A stretch of DNA of 34,193 nucleotides, taken from NCBI GenBank assembly GCA_008369845.1, contig MRSU01010644.1:1-34193 (forward strand), read 5' to 3'. Position numbers and translations under genes: made by a program. The DNA comes from Trichomonas gallinae. Lineage: Eukaryota. Shown piece by piece: positions 1-10,662 of the stretch (the stretch's first letter is position 1; each line of letters starts with the position of its first letter). The notes under the pieces are model-generated. The model was not told the origin of the DNA. It saw only the letters and a program-made list of their open reading frames with translations, and ran no database searches.

Positions 1-1072
1 TAGTACCCAGTGGGGTATTATATATTCCCTGCAAGATTTGGAGTGATTTGCCCGATGATTTCGAAGTTGCATTACCTTTTTATTGAAATAAAAATATCTT
101 AGTTTATATACATATTCTTATATGATGTATCAAATATTTATGGCATATATCCCCGTAAATTATCATATTCCATTGATTTGTAGCTACAAACCAACAAAAT
201 AATTTCACTTGCATCCTGTGAATGAATTCTTTTGGCTGCATTATAATGCAGCTATATTGATCATAGATTTCGTAATAATGAACTATTTGTTTAAATTTCA
301 TATTTTAATATTATATTTTGAAAATTCACATTATTCAACTTATAATTGATGTGTATAGATATAACAGATCAATTATTTTCATCTAATATATCCAATATTC
401 CAAATACTATTATATCAATGATCGATTTCAATATCATTTGAAATATTAAGTAATTTCAGTAATAATAAGGTTCATATTTCATCATTTTTATCGAAAACAT
501 CAATGTTAGTTGAATAATTAAAATCATTTACTACATTTCAAAAATAATTGAATTTTTTCACAAACATTAGTACCAATAAAGTCGTTGGTTCTGTGTTTAA
601 TTATTGTAAGTATATTAATATAAATATGAAATCCTAGTCCATTATAACCAAATAATCTCAAATAATTTTTGAATGTAGAATTTTATATAGACTTTATACG
701 TTTAATGAAATTCATCCATCTTAAAATCATCAAATATATTGTAAACTCTAGAAATTAAAGCTAGGATCTATTAATACACTCATATCGAAATATCAGTGTT
801 AAAAATGATGTGATAATGTTTTATCAATATAAAATATGCACTTATAGTGATACTTAAGTAAATGATGATATTATACATGAATAAAATCACATTATTATCA
901 AAGATATTCTATATATTACAATATTAAGCTACAATCAATCTATATATAAATAGTTTCATTTTTCATATATATAATTGATGAAATAATGATGTTGTGGCAC
1001 AAAATTCACAAATATGTTCACCCCATTGTCAAAAATGAAGGAGAAATTCATATAATGCACATTCCGACGTTA

Positions 1073-1924
1073 ATGCTTTCTTTCTATGTCCGAATTCCTC
1101 TCTTTTCACAACGATGGCAGCACATGGAACCGTTTTGTTGGCGAATATGTTCGATATATTTCTTACAATGGAGCTCAAAAATCGATAATCAGCAAATCCG
1201 GGAATATATCAGATTTCTTACTAATGGGATCTATTAGAGTCGAAAATGAAGCCACAAATAATGTTTTGACTTCTAGTTCATATTCCACTGAACAAGGTGG
1301 ATCTATATACGTTAAAGATGGCTCCTGCACCCAATACAGCATCTGCAGCATAAACTCTACGATTCCTGAAGATAATCTATATGTACAGGGTTATCACTCA
1401 TATGTTGAAACAACAGAAAAAAATTATATTATTGAAAGCTCTATATCTAAAAACAAAGGGTTTCATAGTTGCATTTTCCTTAAACGTGGAAGCTATGCTA
1501 AATGTGAAGAAGATGCTGCATATACTTGTAGTCTTAATCCATCATCTCATCGAATAAATTTCACACTAATATTGCGTCATGTGGCATTGCAATAATAATC
1601 AATCTATTTCTCACTGCAATGTTATTAATAATAATCTCCATTTCGAGGCTGGAGGAATTTTTTGGGCATTTTATTGTAATCTTGAAATCAGTTTCCGCGT
1701 TTTCACATCAATGTTTTCTTGATGATGATGTTTACACGGTATCTAATAAAGTTAGAGTTACTGCAACAAGTAAATTTGATCTCAATCTTTCTCATCTTTC
1801 TACTCAAGGATGTGAAGCTGAATTCCCTCTTATGAATATAAAGAATGAACCCCATGAAGACACACTAGATTCACATCGCATTCCATTCTTATTTTCATTT
1901 TTCATTTTTTATGGTAAGGAGTAA
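1073..1924 (+). pseudogene. Frameshifted member of a trichomonad Cys/Asn-rich, Pmp-like/beta-helix-type surface protein family
   Basis: Protein-like segments lie in successive different frames: MLSFYVRIPLF (1073); TWNRFVG...GGSIYVKDGSCTQYSICSINS (ORF 1086-1595); NNNQSISHCNVINNN (third frame, ~1590); NLSHLSTQGCEAEFP plus a hydrophobic C-terminus (ORF 1619-1924). At least 3 frame changes are needed. Family assignment is from memory of similar T. vaginalis hypothetical proteins. Confidence 0.55.
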
Positions 1925-2339
1925 TGATCTTCATATATCTTCGTTTTTAATATTGCTTTGAAATAAAAATAAGTTAAAACCAGTGAAAATATAACTAAGA
2001 TCTAAAATAAGCATCGCCATATCTAATCTATGATAATAGATGGCGCTTTGATTGATATCAACCATTTTGAAGAAAATAGATCTACATTTTTGATGCAACA
2101 AACAAAATATCCAGCATTGTTGATAATAATATCAACACTGTTTATGCTAACATGGATTCCTAGCCTTCCACTTTCGCTCTTTTACTGTATAATTTATGAC
2201 AAGTATTTTTTATTCATTAATGATGCTAATATATCAAAGGGGAAAACACTAATAAGGACTGACATTTCATACAAACAAGCAATGAAATATTAATGATATA
2301 GACTCATTATTTTGTCGATGATATTGTTTCGTTTCGCAA

Positions 2340-3107
2340 TCATGAATATATTGATTTACTGAATCATTGAAAGACTTCAATTGCTAATGTTATTAGCATT
2401 TGCTTGTTTCAATAGCCATCTCTTCGATTGTTTTGTGGTATGCTTCGATATGATTTCTTTTCTTCCTGTTCCTTGAAACCAACTCCGTGTGAAAAAATCT
2501 CTAATCTTCGAATTCAGTGTCTTCTCGTATCTTTCATCACGTATATGGTGGACATCTTTCTCTTCTTCACTACTTTTTATTCCAGATCTTAGATTTTTAG
2601 ATCATTTCTCAAATCTAACATATTTTCATAAGTTGAAGTTATTTCATCGAGTAATTTCCTTTCAATAGGGTTAATATTTGGAAGATACACATGGAGATAT
2701 GAATTTTAGATTGAATGCCAATTCATAATTTGATAAGTTGTATCAATGAGTTTTGTAATTGTATCAATATATTTTTCTCATTCTCTTTCATGCCATCATA
2801 TTGACTCTCTAAAGTTTCGATAATTTCGACCTCATTTTTAAAATCTTAATTTTAAACATTTATCACTTATTTCTTTTTGAGGACTTCGATATCTTCAGTT
2901 CCAATCACTAGCATGTCTGTAGCAAACTTTACATCTTCGTCTTCCTAGAATTTTTCCCCCATATGAACAGATCTTTCTCTTTTTGTTCAATGAACTTGAT
3001 TCCGCTCTAAACTTATATAAGTTCATGTCTTGTTTGAGCAATTTCATTATTGAGTCATGAACAACAGTTTTTGCAAATGTTAAGATAGAAATTATTTTTT
3101 TGAGCAA
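2340..3107 (-). pseudogene. Decayed charged/coiled-coil protein gene relic
   Basis: The minus frame 2845->2577 reads DFKNEVEIIETLESQYDGMKENEKKYIDTITKLIDTTYQIMNWHSI*NSYLHVYLPNINPIERKLLDEITSTYENMLDLRNDLKI*DLE*, which is protein-like but has in-frame stops. Boundaries are approximate. Confidence 0.4.
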
Positions 3108-3256
3108 AATGAGGAGGTTTCCAATGTATTATATTATAATGCTTTTACAAAGTTTATTTATATCAGCAAAATATTTAAATTATTTTTTAGATCATTGATA
3201 AAATAAGCAGATACTCACTAATTTTTAATAAATACGAAATGACTGATTTAATAGAG

Positions 3257-3661
3257 TTACCAGTATCTCCTGATTGTAGTCAAATCACGGCGTCTTGATA
3301 ATGATGCAACTTTCACAACTTCACCTGTTTGAGGTGCATGAATGAAGTTTCCATCACCGCAACAAATGCCGACATGGCTAACAGGGCTATGGAAGCAGCA
3401 AACATCACCAGCAGCGCCGTTTCCTGGTTTTCCACCAGCAGCTTGCTGATATGAGACGCGTGGAACAGTGATGCCGCACATCTTGTGTGCGTACTGCACA
3501 AGGCCAGAGCAGTCGAATGAGTTTGGTCCATTTGCACCCCAAACATATGGGCAACCGAGTTTGCTCTTCGCGACGCTGAGAATATCATAGCCATTTGCGT
3601 TCCTCATTGGTGCAATCTGGCGGTGTCTCGCTTCAGAAAAGGCGAATAACAATCCAAGCAT
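3257..3661 (-). CDS. NlpC/P60 family cysteine peptidase (putative peptidoglycan DL-endopeptidase), single domain, short hydrophobic N-terminus, 134 aa
   Basis: LGCPYVWGANGPNSFDCSGLVQY, SHVGI and FIHAP supply the Cys-His-His triad. Start set at ATG 3661 (MLGLLFAFSEA) because the Inr TCACT lies at 3682-3678, downstream of the ORF-track start at 3703. Confidence 0.95.
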   Translation of the reverse strand: MLGLLFAFSEARHRQIAPMRNANGYDILSVAKSKLGCPYVWGANGPNSFDCSGLVQYAHKMCGITVPRVSYQQAAGGKPGNGAAGDVCCFHSPVSHVGICCGDGNFIHAPQTGEVVKVASLSRRRDLTTIRRYW

Positions 3662-4439
3662 TTTTTTGATATCAAAAAGTGAAAATCTGACGAAATGTGA
3701 CATTTCTTAACCTAAAACGTATTGTTGTTGTTTTTAAATACACCAAGAATCAATCGCTTTTACTAAATAAAATAGAAACAAATGGAGGAAAAAAAAATTA
3801 TCTCCCGAAAAGTGACTTTTAATTTAAAATAATCAATTACATCTTATTATATAATTCTTAAAATCAAATTTGTCACGTTTTTGAGGTTGCGATTTTTTCC
3901 TAAAATGTATAGAATATTTAATAATGAACATATATATTGCCAAATATCGAAAAATTAAAAAGATTTCATCGCAGAAATAAGAATAAATTAATCGGATAAG
4001 AATTTCAATCAACTTATAGAATATGTTTGTAAACTTTAACCTTAAATTTTCCTCCCAAATATTGAATTTCACTAGATTTTTATGGTACATCATTAATACA
4101 TGATTTGTATAATATTATATAATATAATTCATTTTAGCTTTGCAAAAATATTCAATTTTGCAACAACAAAGCATTATCTGATGCTCATTCTGTGCATGCA
4201 TATATACAATGACTTCCATAGGAATGCTTATGAAGTACTTTAACTGATAGCCATTCAGTTCGAGACCAGATATATTTTATTCTACAGTTTTTTGTTCAAA
4301 CCTTGATTCTCGGATGAATTATTCGGCATTTAATAATATAACTAGCAAGCAACACAATATCAAACATTATGCTAAATGTACTATAGTATATATCCTACAC
4401 AAATATACAAGTTTTATTGTTGTTGCAAGTTTGTAGACT

Positions 4440-4735
4440 GCGATATGATTCAAATTAACACCAGGATATGGTTCGTACGAACCATTGTTGCATACACCAT
4501 TCTATAGCCATCTAGTAATGTTTACTACTCATTTGTAATGCATTATCTGTGAAATCAAATGGATCTGCTTGGAAAAATCTGTCGCCAGCATAAAACATTC
4601 GGTCAAAATGTTTTACAACTTTTCCAAAACTTGATACATAAAAGAGAAACGCATGTTGTAGTGATAAAACTCACTGTGATGAGTAACAGTGGTCGAAATA
4701 TGATAAATATCACAGTCTGGTTTGAAATTGAATAA
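4440..4735 (-). pseudogene. Relic of a putative glycosyltransferase-like gene
   Basis: Minus-strand frames give ...EFYHYNMRFSFMYQVLEKL* and then, shifted, HFDRMFYAGDRFFQADPFDF. This resembles the R(F/Y)...DR(V/I)...DxxFQxDPF motif of GT-A-like proteins. Stops and frameshifts are present. Confidence 0.35.
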
Positions 4736-4910
4736 TCTACACTTAGAATTGTGATAGATATTTTGACACTTTGACAGATTACATTTGACATCTTGATGCT
4801 ATTCTCTCATTTTTTGTTTCGCTATTCATTTGTCCACTCTTGATCAGTTACGATGGTTGACATAAAATGCACGAAATTGTATGGTCAAAATGTTTTAAAA
4901 AGTGACAGAA

Positions 4911-5567
4911 ATGTTTGTGCTAATATTTCTCATTTCGTTTAAGAAATATACACCGTTAGAGACATATAACAACCCACGCGAAGAATTCAAGAAGCGCGAA
5001 GAAGAAATGAAAATAAGGAGAAAACAGATGGATGAACAGATATCAAAACTCATCATCGAACAAGAGCTAGAAGATCTTGGTCCTGATTCAGGAGCAGGAA
5101 TACAATACAATGAGTATTCTATAACAAAAGTTTACCCAATTAAAATTCCAGCTAACGAACATATCAAATTTATAATAACTACGGAACCACAAATGACAGG
5201 CAACCTGTACTGCAAATTCGGCTCTATTGTTAAAAATGCAGCTCAAGGAGAAAATAACACAATTTCATGTCAAACACCAGCTCTTTCTGTTGGAGAGATA
5301 TACGTACAAGTGTCTACAGATCGTAAGAAATGGAGCCTTCCAATGCTTGTTCAAGTTTTCGATCCGAATGCTCCTTCTTATAACACACCTACTGCCTTGA
5401 TATTTATGGCAATAGCAGTTATTGGTTATGTATCTGTTAAAATATATCTTCGCCAAGTTAAAAGTAAAAGAGGACATAAACATAAATTCGAAGATCCTTT
5501 AGATCAATTCGATCAGAATGCTCCTAAGCAATTATATAAGGAAACAAAACTACGCGATCACCTGTAA
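4911..5567 (+). CDS. Type I membrane protein with a short coiled coil and one IPT/TIG (Ig-like) domain, 218 aa
   Basis: Hydrophobic N-terminus MFVLIFLISF; charged helix; SITKVYP...LYCKFG...TISCQTP...VQVSTD (IPT/TIG pattern); TM segment ALIFMAIAVIGYVSVKIYL; basic tail. First ATG is 4911 (the track start 4902 is GTG). Confidence 0.8.
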   Translation: MFVLIFLISFKKYTPLETYNNPREEFKKREEEMKIRRKQMDEQISKLIIEQELEDLGPDSGAGIQYNEYSITKVYPIKIPANEHIKFIITTEPQMTGNLYCKFGSIVKNAAQGENNTISCQTPALSVGEIYVQVSTDRKKWSLPMLVQVFDPNAPSYNTPTALIFMAIAVIGYVSVKIYLRQVKSKRGHKHKFEDPLDQFDQNAPKQLYKETKLRDHL

Positions 5568-5820
5568 GTGTTTATACAAAATATTTGATGTAAAATTTGT
5601 TTAAAATATTTTCATTAAAAGATAGTTCATTAAATCATCATAAAAATCCGTCTATTTACGGCCTTGTGTAATCAATGCTCAGTTAATTATACTGATTTTA
5701 TAAAAAATAGAAAATATCAAAAAAAATTAAACAGTTGGGAAAAAAGAAAGAATAAAATGTGGAAATTATTGGATGAAAAAACATTTCTCTAAGTAGCTTT
5801 AGTCGTCTCTATAAATAAAT

Positions 5821-7080
5821 TTATTGATGGTTCTGCATGAACAGTTCGATTTCTTCCTTCATTGGCTGAAGTTTGCTCTCATTGGAGCCGATAAATTCGC
5901 GGTATGCTTCAACAAGGTTTTCTGTTAATGGAACTTGAGCTAATGAATGATTAATGAACTGAAGGGCTTTAACAGCAATTGGGAAATCTCTTCCGAGTGC
6001 AACAACGAAATTGTTCTGCATATCTTCAGAAACCAAATAATCATGATATCCGCTAAGCATTTCAATAATCAAGTCCATAAGATTTGGATTCTCAGCGGCT
6101 CCGAAGTACTTACCAAGGGCCATAATTTGTTCTGCTTCTAATTGAATTCCAGAAGAGTTGATTAAATCGAAAACAAAGGCAAGTGATTCAACAGGTGGGA
6201 GTTTCATTGAGAATAATGCTTGAATAAGAGCATTTCTTTGTTCGTCGTCAATGAATTCTATTAATTGTGCTAAAATATTGCAAGTTGTAACAATATTGAA
6301 GTTCAGTATGCAAACGTTGATAATAGCGCCGATAAACTCTGGATCCTCCGGTGGATTCTCTTCAATAACATCAGAAATGATCTGGAAAACTTCTGGACCA
6401 AGATTTTGTTGTTCTAAAACTGAGAACAAACCATCGGCTCTGTCTTGTATAACTGCTGGATTGCCTGCCTTGTAAATAACATAGAATGCTTGAGCTCTGA
6501 TATTTGGTGGAAGTGATTTATCTGTGAATGGAGTTGCAATTGAGAAGTCAATGACATCTGGACCCATGATAGTGAATGAGCAAAGTAATCCAAGGGCCGC
6601 AGCGATGATATCATTATTTTGGCTATTGAGCCATTCTCCCAATAATACTGAAAACTTCTCATTACTGAGGAGCCAGTGGCCATAATCGATATCTCCAATT
6701 GAATTATCGACTAATGTTGAAAAGAACTGGATGATTTCAGAATCAGCCGGAAGATTCAAAAGGAATTCGTATTTTTCGTGAAGATTTTCTGCATACTCAT
6801 CGCCCTTATCTGGCATGAGTGAGTAAATGTGGCGATATGCTGCGCAAACCATTCCTATAATTGGAATGTTGATATCATCGAAAGATTCAATTAACTTGGA
6901 GAAAACATCCATTGTGTAAAGGTTGTCTAAATCATTCTGATCATCAGAAACGTTGATGAGAGAAATGAAACCCATTTTGCGGCTCTCTAAGTCAGCATCA
7001 CGGATCTGGTCGAGTGCAACAGACATGTCTGTGCAAATGAATCCACAATTTATCTCTTCCTGAACGTTTTCAGCCGACAT
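5821..7080 (-). CDS. Acidic ARM/HEAT-repeat protein, 419 aa (weak resemblance to the HEATR3/Syo1 N-terminus)
   Basis: Long ORF with Inr TCATT 4-8 nt upstream, repeated amphipathic helices (e.g. LNSQNNDIIAAALGLLCSF), and stop TAA within TAAA. Confidence 0.75.
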   Translation of the reverse strand: MSAENVQEEINCGFICTDMSVALDQIRDADLESRKMGFISLINVSDDQNDLDNLYTMDVFSKLIESFDDINIPIIGMVCAAYRHIYSLMPDKGDEYAENLHEKYEFLLNLPADSEIIQFFSTLVDNSIGDIDYGHWLLSNEKFSVLLGEWLNSQNNDIIAAALGLLCSFTIMGPDVIDFSIATPFTDKSLPPNIRAQAFYVIYKAGNPAVIQDRADGLFSVLEQQNLGPEVFQIISDVIEENPPEDPEFIGAIINVCILNFNIVTTCNILAQLIEFIDDEQRNALIQALFSMKLPPVESLAFVFDLINSSGIQLEAEQIMALGKYFGAAENPNLMDLIIEMLSGYHDYLVSEDMQNNFVVALGRDFPIAVKALQFINHSLAQVPLTENLVEAYREFIGSNESKLQPMKEEIELFMQNHQ

Positions 7081-7567
7081 CGAAATGATTTTGGTTGTAA
7101 ACTATTGAATATTTGTTGTGTCCCAAAAATCTCTGAACCAAAAATTTGTCACCAAACGCTATAATTAACTATAATAACACATATTTTAAGCTCAAATTTC
7201 GAAAATCTTGGGATTATTTAAATTTTGACGTTTACATGTCAAATGTCATATTTTTTCGACTCGCTTTAAAAATTGCCAGCATTGATTTTTGGTTAATTTT
7301 AATAATGTATTTCTATAATGGATCAACTTTACTATCATTTCATAATGTTTTTTGCAAAAAAAAAATTAATTATGCATGAATGATAGATTTTACTATAATA
7401 AAACAAATATCTGTTTGTGTAAAGTGATGCGTCGTTGTCAACTTTATATGACTTTAAATTTGATAATTTTGATGGGCTAAAGCGAATGAATTAGATACCA
7501 ATATTGGATGAATGGATATCATAGCATTTGGTATCTCAGATAAAGTTGACTTGAGTCAAAAATAAAA

Positions 7568-8149
7568 TTAAGCGGTGTTAATTGACATCTCTGCAAGATG
7601 AATTGCATCTGATTCTATTGTATCTTGGTTATGATGGAAAGTAAACCATCCTTTTTTAGATGAAACAATAATTTTAGGAAGTTTAATATTATCTTGATTT
7701 TGTAAGTCCGCTTGCTTCTCAATGAAGTCCTTTCCACCCTTTATATCAATATTGAAGTGAAGACTGCTCTCTAAAACAGAGCTAGAAAGTTGCAAGTCGT
7801 AATGCTTGGCTCCTGTTTGAACTAGATTAGATAAGTCGAATTTTCCTGTAGCTATCTGCTCTTTGCCACTGCCCTTAACTGTGTGCGTGTAGATATATAC
7901 ATCTATCATGGATGATGTTAAGTGACCAAGTGTATCTTTGCTAATTGGACGCTGGAATTCAATTACCTTTGACCATTGAACTACAAAATTATCGACAGGT
8001 GTTGGATCTGTTGAAAAATTATTCATCGAATAATGCATTTTGATGGACAAAGTCTTATGGCAGAAGGGAACATTGTCTAGTGTTATGTGGCTGAATGTGA
8101 ATGTCACATATTCGGTCACTGGTTTTAGCGCTTTCTTTTCTTTACTCAT
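7568..8149 (-). CDS. NT-C2 (EEIG1/EHBP1-type N-terminal C2) domain protein, 193 aa
   Basis: Beta-rich pattern ITLDNVPF...PVDNFVVQW...GKEQIATGKFDLSNLV...SSLHFNIDI matches the NT-C2 consensus. Confidence 0.8.
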   Translation of the reverse strand: MSKEKKALKPVTEYVTFTFSHITLDNVPFCHKTLSIKMHYSMNNFSTDPTPVDNFVVQWSKVIEFQRPISKDTLGHLTSSMIDVYIYTHTVKGSGKEQIATGKFDLSNLVQTGAKHYDLQLSSSVLESSLHFNIDIKGGKDFIEKQADLQNQDNIKLPKIIVSSKKGWFTFHHNQDTIESDAIHLAEMSINTA

Positions 8150-8621
8150 AAAAAAATAAGGATTAGAAAATTTTGCTGTGTAAAATATTTTTCTGTACTA
8201 AATCCTTTCACCTTATCTACCTTTTTGCTCACAAACGGGTTATTTTATAGCCAAATAACTGATCTTGTAAACAATTTAATCTCAATCGATTTTTTATACG
8301 GTTTACGTCCGATTCGAAGATTCGCCCAAAACGTAATTGTCCCATATATGTATTTCTCCAATCATCAAAGGCTCAATTTTAAATTTTTGGAAATTATGCC
8401 AAACGAAAAGTATCATCCATAGATGTCATTTCCACAGAGGAGATGGGTTGAATGATAAACAAATAAATTGCATGAGCGACGATATCAAAAATAATATAAT
8501 TTTTCACAAAATATGGATAACTCAATGAAATACTGAGGATATCAAGTAGTGATTTCGGAATACTAATATATAGTAACTCAAAAAAGAGTAATAATAGAAG
8601 GATAATACTATTTCACCGCTT

Positions 8622-9276
8622 TTATAATTGCGCGATAATGGATTCGAGTGGCGCGAGTTGTTCATCTGGAATCATATTGAATTCTTGAGAAAAGAATATG
8701 AAATATCTGAAAGAACGGTTAACATTCTCAGTAAGCTGGCAGCGCTTAATATCATCTAAATGATGATGATATATATGCGCATAAACTCTAAATAGTCTTC
8801 TAAATAATTTTTGGACAATTTCGAGAAAATTTTTGGGGAAAGGTACATCTGTATCAGGTGGGAATATCGCTTCGTTGGTAATTGTCTCCTCTGTTTCCTC
8901 CATAACTTTACAAATATAATCTCTCGCGCACAGATTTTGTGGTTTATCCTTTGAGTTAAGTTTCTGGTACAAGTACTTGTAACCTGGTCCCGCGCTCATT
9001 TCTGGGCACGATTCGTTGCAGCATGTTTCGATAATTGGAGGGAGGATTGTAGAGAGCTGATTGTAGAAGTCAACTGTGGACACAGCGATCCACTCGTTCT
9101 TATTCTCACCTGGAGGAAGTTTAACTCCCTTTCTTAAATCTGACATAATTGTCTGTTGCCACAGGACCTGCAGCTTTGGATTGCGGTATTGCTTCTCGAT
9201 ACCTTTAACTGGCTTAAATGTGCCCTGATCTCGTCTACTGATGTTAGAATATTAAACTATACAACCACGAAAACAT
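8622..9276 (-). CDS. MOB1: Mob1/phocein family kinase activator; two exons, join(9276..9263, 9237..8622), 209 aa
   Basis: VKLPPGENKNEWIAVSTVDFYNQ, CPEMSAGP, LFRVYAHIYHHH. Removing the 25-nt intron adds MFSWFRRDQGTFKPVK..., restoring the conserved Mob1 TFKP motif. Inr-like TCATA upstream. Confidence 0.93.
9238..9262 (-). other. 25-nt spliceosomal intron in MOB1
   Basis: GTATAGTTTAATATTCTAACATCAG: GT donor, CTAAC branch point close to a CAG acceptor. Its removal joins ATG 9276 in frame with the conserved ORF. Confidence 0.88.
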
Positions 9277-9799
9277 TTTTTTATGAAAAATTATGAAATT
9301 GACAATAACCGTTTTCTTACAATAAATTATTATTGTTGCTTTGGATAGAAGACACCTAAATTCGTAGAGTTTGTTGATCAGATACGTTTTATTTTGTCAT
9401 TTTTAAGGATAAAATGATTTATCACGATTTTTTCTGCACCAACGCATTGGAAATACATAATATTAATCGTTTTATTAGTTAGCCAGTTCATTTCGACGTT
9501 AATCACACTTAAAAATTGAATTTTGTCAAAAAGTACAAACAAAATTTGACTATTTTTATATTCATTCTTTCGTTCTCAACGAAATCAAAAAATCCGGCTA
9601 TAGATATTATTAAGCCTGTAGAACTAAATAAATGCAAATTAATCATTTAGCATCAGAAATATTTTGTAAAATTCACTCTCTACACATCGGCGCCGCAATA
9701 AGCTACACACAGATATGATTGCGAATCTATTTCAACTATTAATCAAAGGTAAATCAAGAAAAAATGAAATTCATGTTGTGAATTTTAAAAAATAAACAG

Positions 9800-10138
9800 A
9801 TTTAGGACAATAATCACTGGTGTCTCAAGCCAGGCTATCGAAGTAAATAGCGTTGAAACTTCTAGAACAGTGAAATTCTTGCGATTTTCCACTCAAACTT
9901 CTACCACTTGAACAAAGAGCATTTGCAGTAGAAGAACGCCTTAGACAAATCGATTCCACTTCGATTTCACTAGTATTAGCCGGCGTTTCTCCGATTTTGA
10001 GATTTCATTTCACTTGCTCTTTCTGTACATCAATCTACAAGGATTTGTCCTCAAAAATGTTGAAAGTATCATTTCACAATCTTTTGAAGGTCAACAAAAC
10101 ATATTTTAATATTTGTAAAATAATTTTCTCAGCGTAAT
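9800..10138 (+). pseudogene. Possible decayed gene fragment
   Basis: GC-richer island with protein-like frames lacking a start (RTIITGVSSQAIEVNSVETS; LPLEQRAFAVEERLRQIDST) that switch frame. No family recognised. Confidence 0.25.
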
Positions 10139-10662
10139 TGCATCTCAAGATGAAATGACGAAATTTGACTCGTATTGTATAACATATATATCCATTCTCA
10201 GGATCAATATTTTGAAGTATAAACCAAATAAATTTATACCTGTGATTTACATCGAGATATGCTCATTATGATAGTATCAAACATTGAATCTTTCTCAGCT
10301 TCTTTAATTTACTCGCTTACAATGGCTATTAACTATAGAATAGCTGAGAAATTTGCAGTTTTCCAAATATTTTTTGGAAAATAAGCCATTTGATCGTTAA
10401 TTTTTAATGATTGATGCTATTTTACTTATTTACATCATAAAGCTACATAAAAAGAATGAATATAACACTCAGGAATTCAATATTAATGAATTTTAATTTT
10501 GAAAATAGGATTTCGATTATTTAATGTATTTATCATGCTTCATTACTATCCATTATAAAATTTTGTGGTCTTGCAGTGCACATGTATGCAGGTTTGATAT
10601 ATTTCATGATAATGAAATGTATTTAATAAACAAACAAACAAAATAATATATAAAATTATGGT

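Noticed and set aside
104..301. Short AT-rich ORFs (104-301, 2030-2293, 3833-4093, 7146-7379, 8225-8528, 15032-15575, 17725-17964, 20446-20682, 23627-23824, 26226-26773)
   Set aside because: I/F/Y/K/N-rich translations typical of random AT-rich DNA, often with non-ATG starts and no motifs.
5358..5525. TTCGATC(C/A)GAATGCTCCT repeated on both sides of the TM segment (FDPNAP/FDQNAP)
   Set aside because: Real 17/18 match but a single short pair with no further repeat structure or interpretable function.
7490..7545. TPP riboswitch or hammerhead ribozyme (minus-strand CTGAGATACC)
   Set aside because: The rest of the TPP core (CCUGAU...GCG.AGGGA) and the hammerhead CUGAnGA/GAAA core are missing.
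8622..9146. MOB1 starting at ATG 9146
   Set aside because: The frame stays open and conserved upstream; the 25-nt intron links it to ATG 9276.
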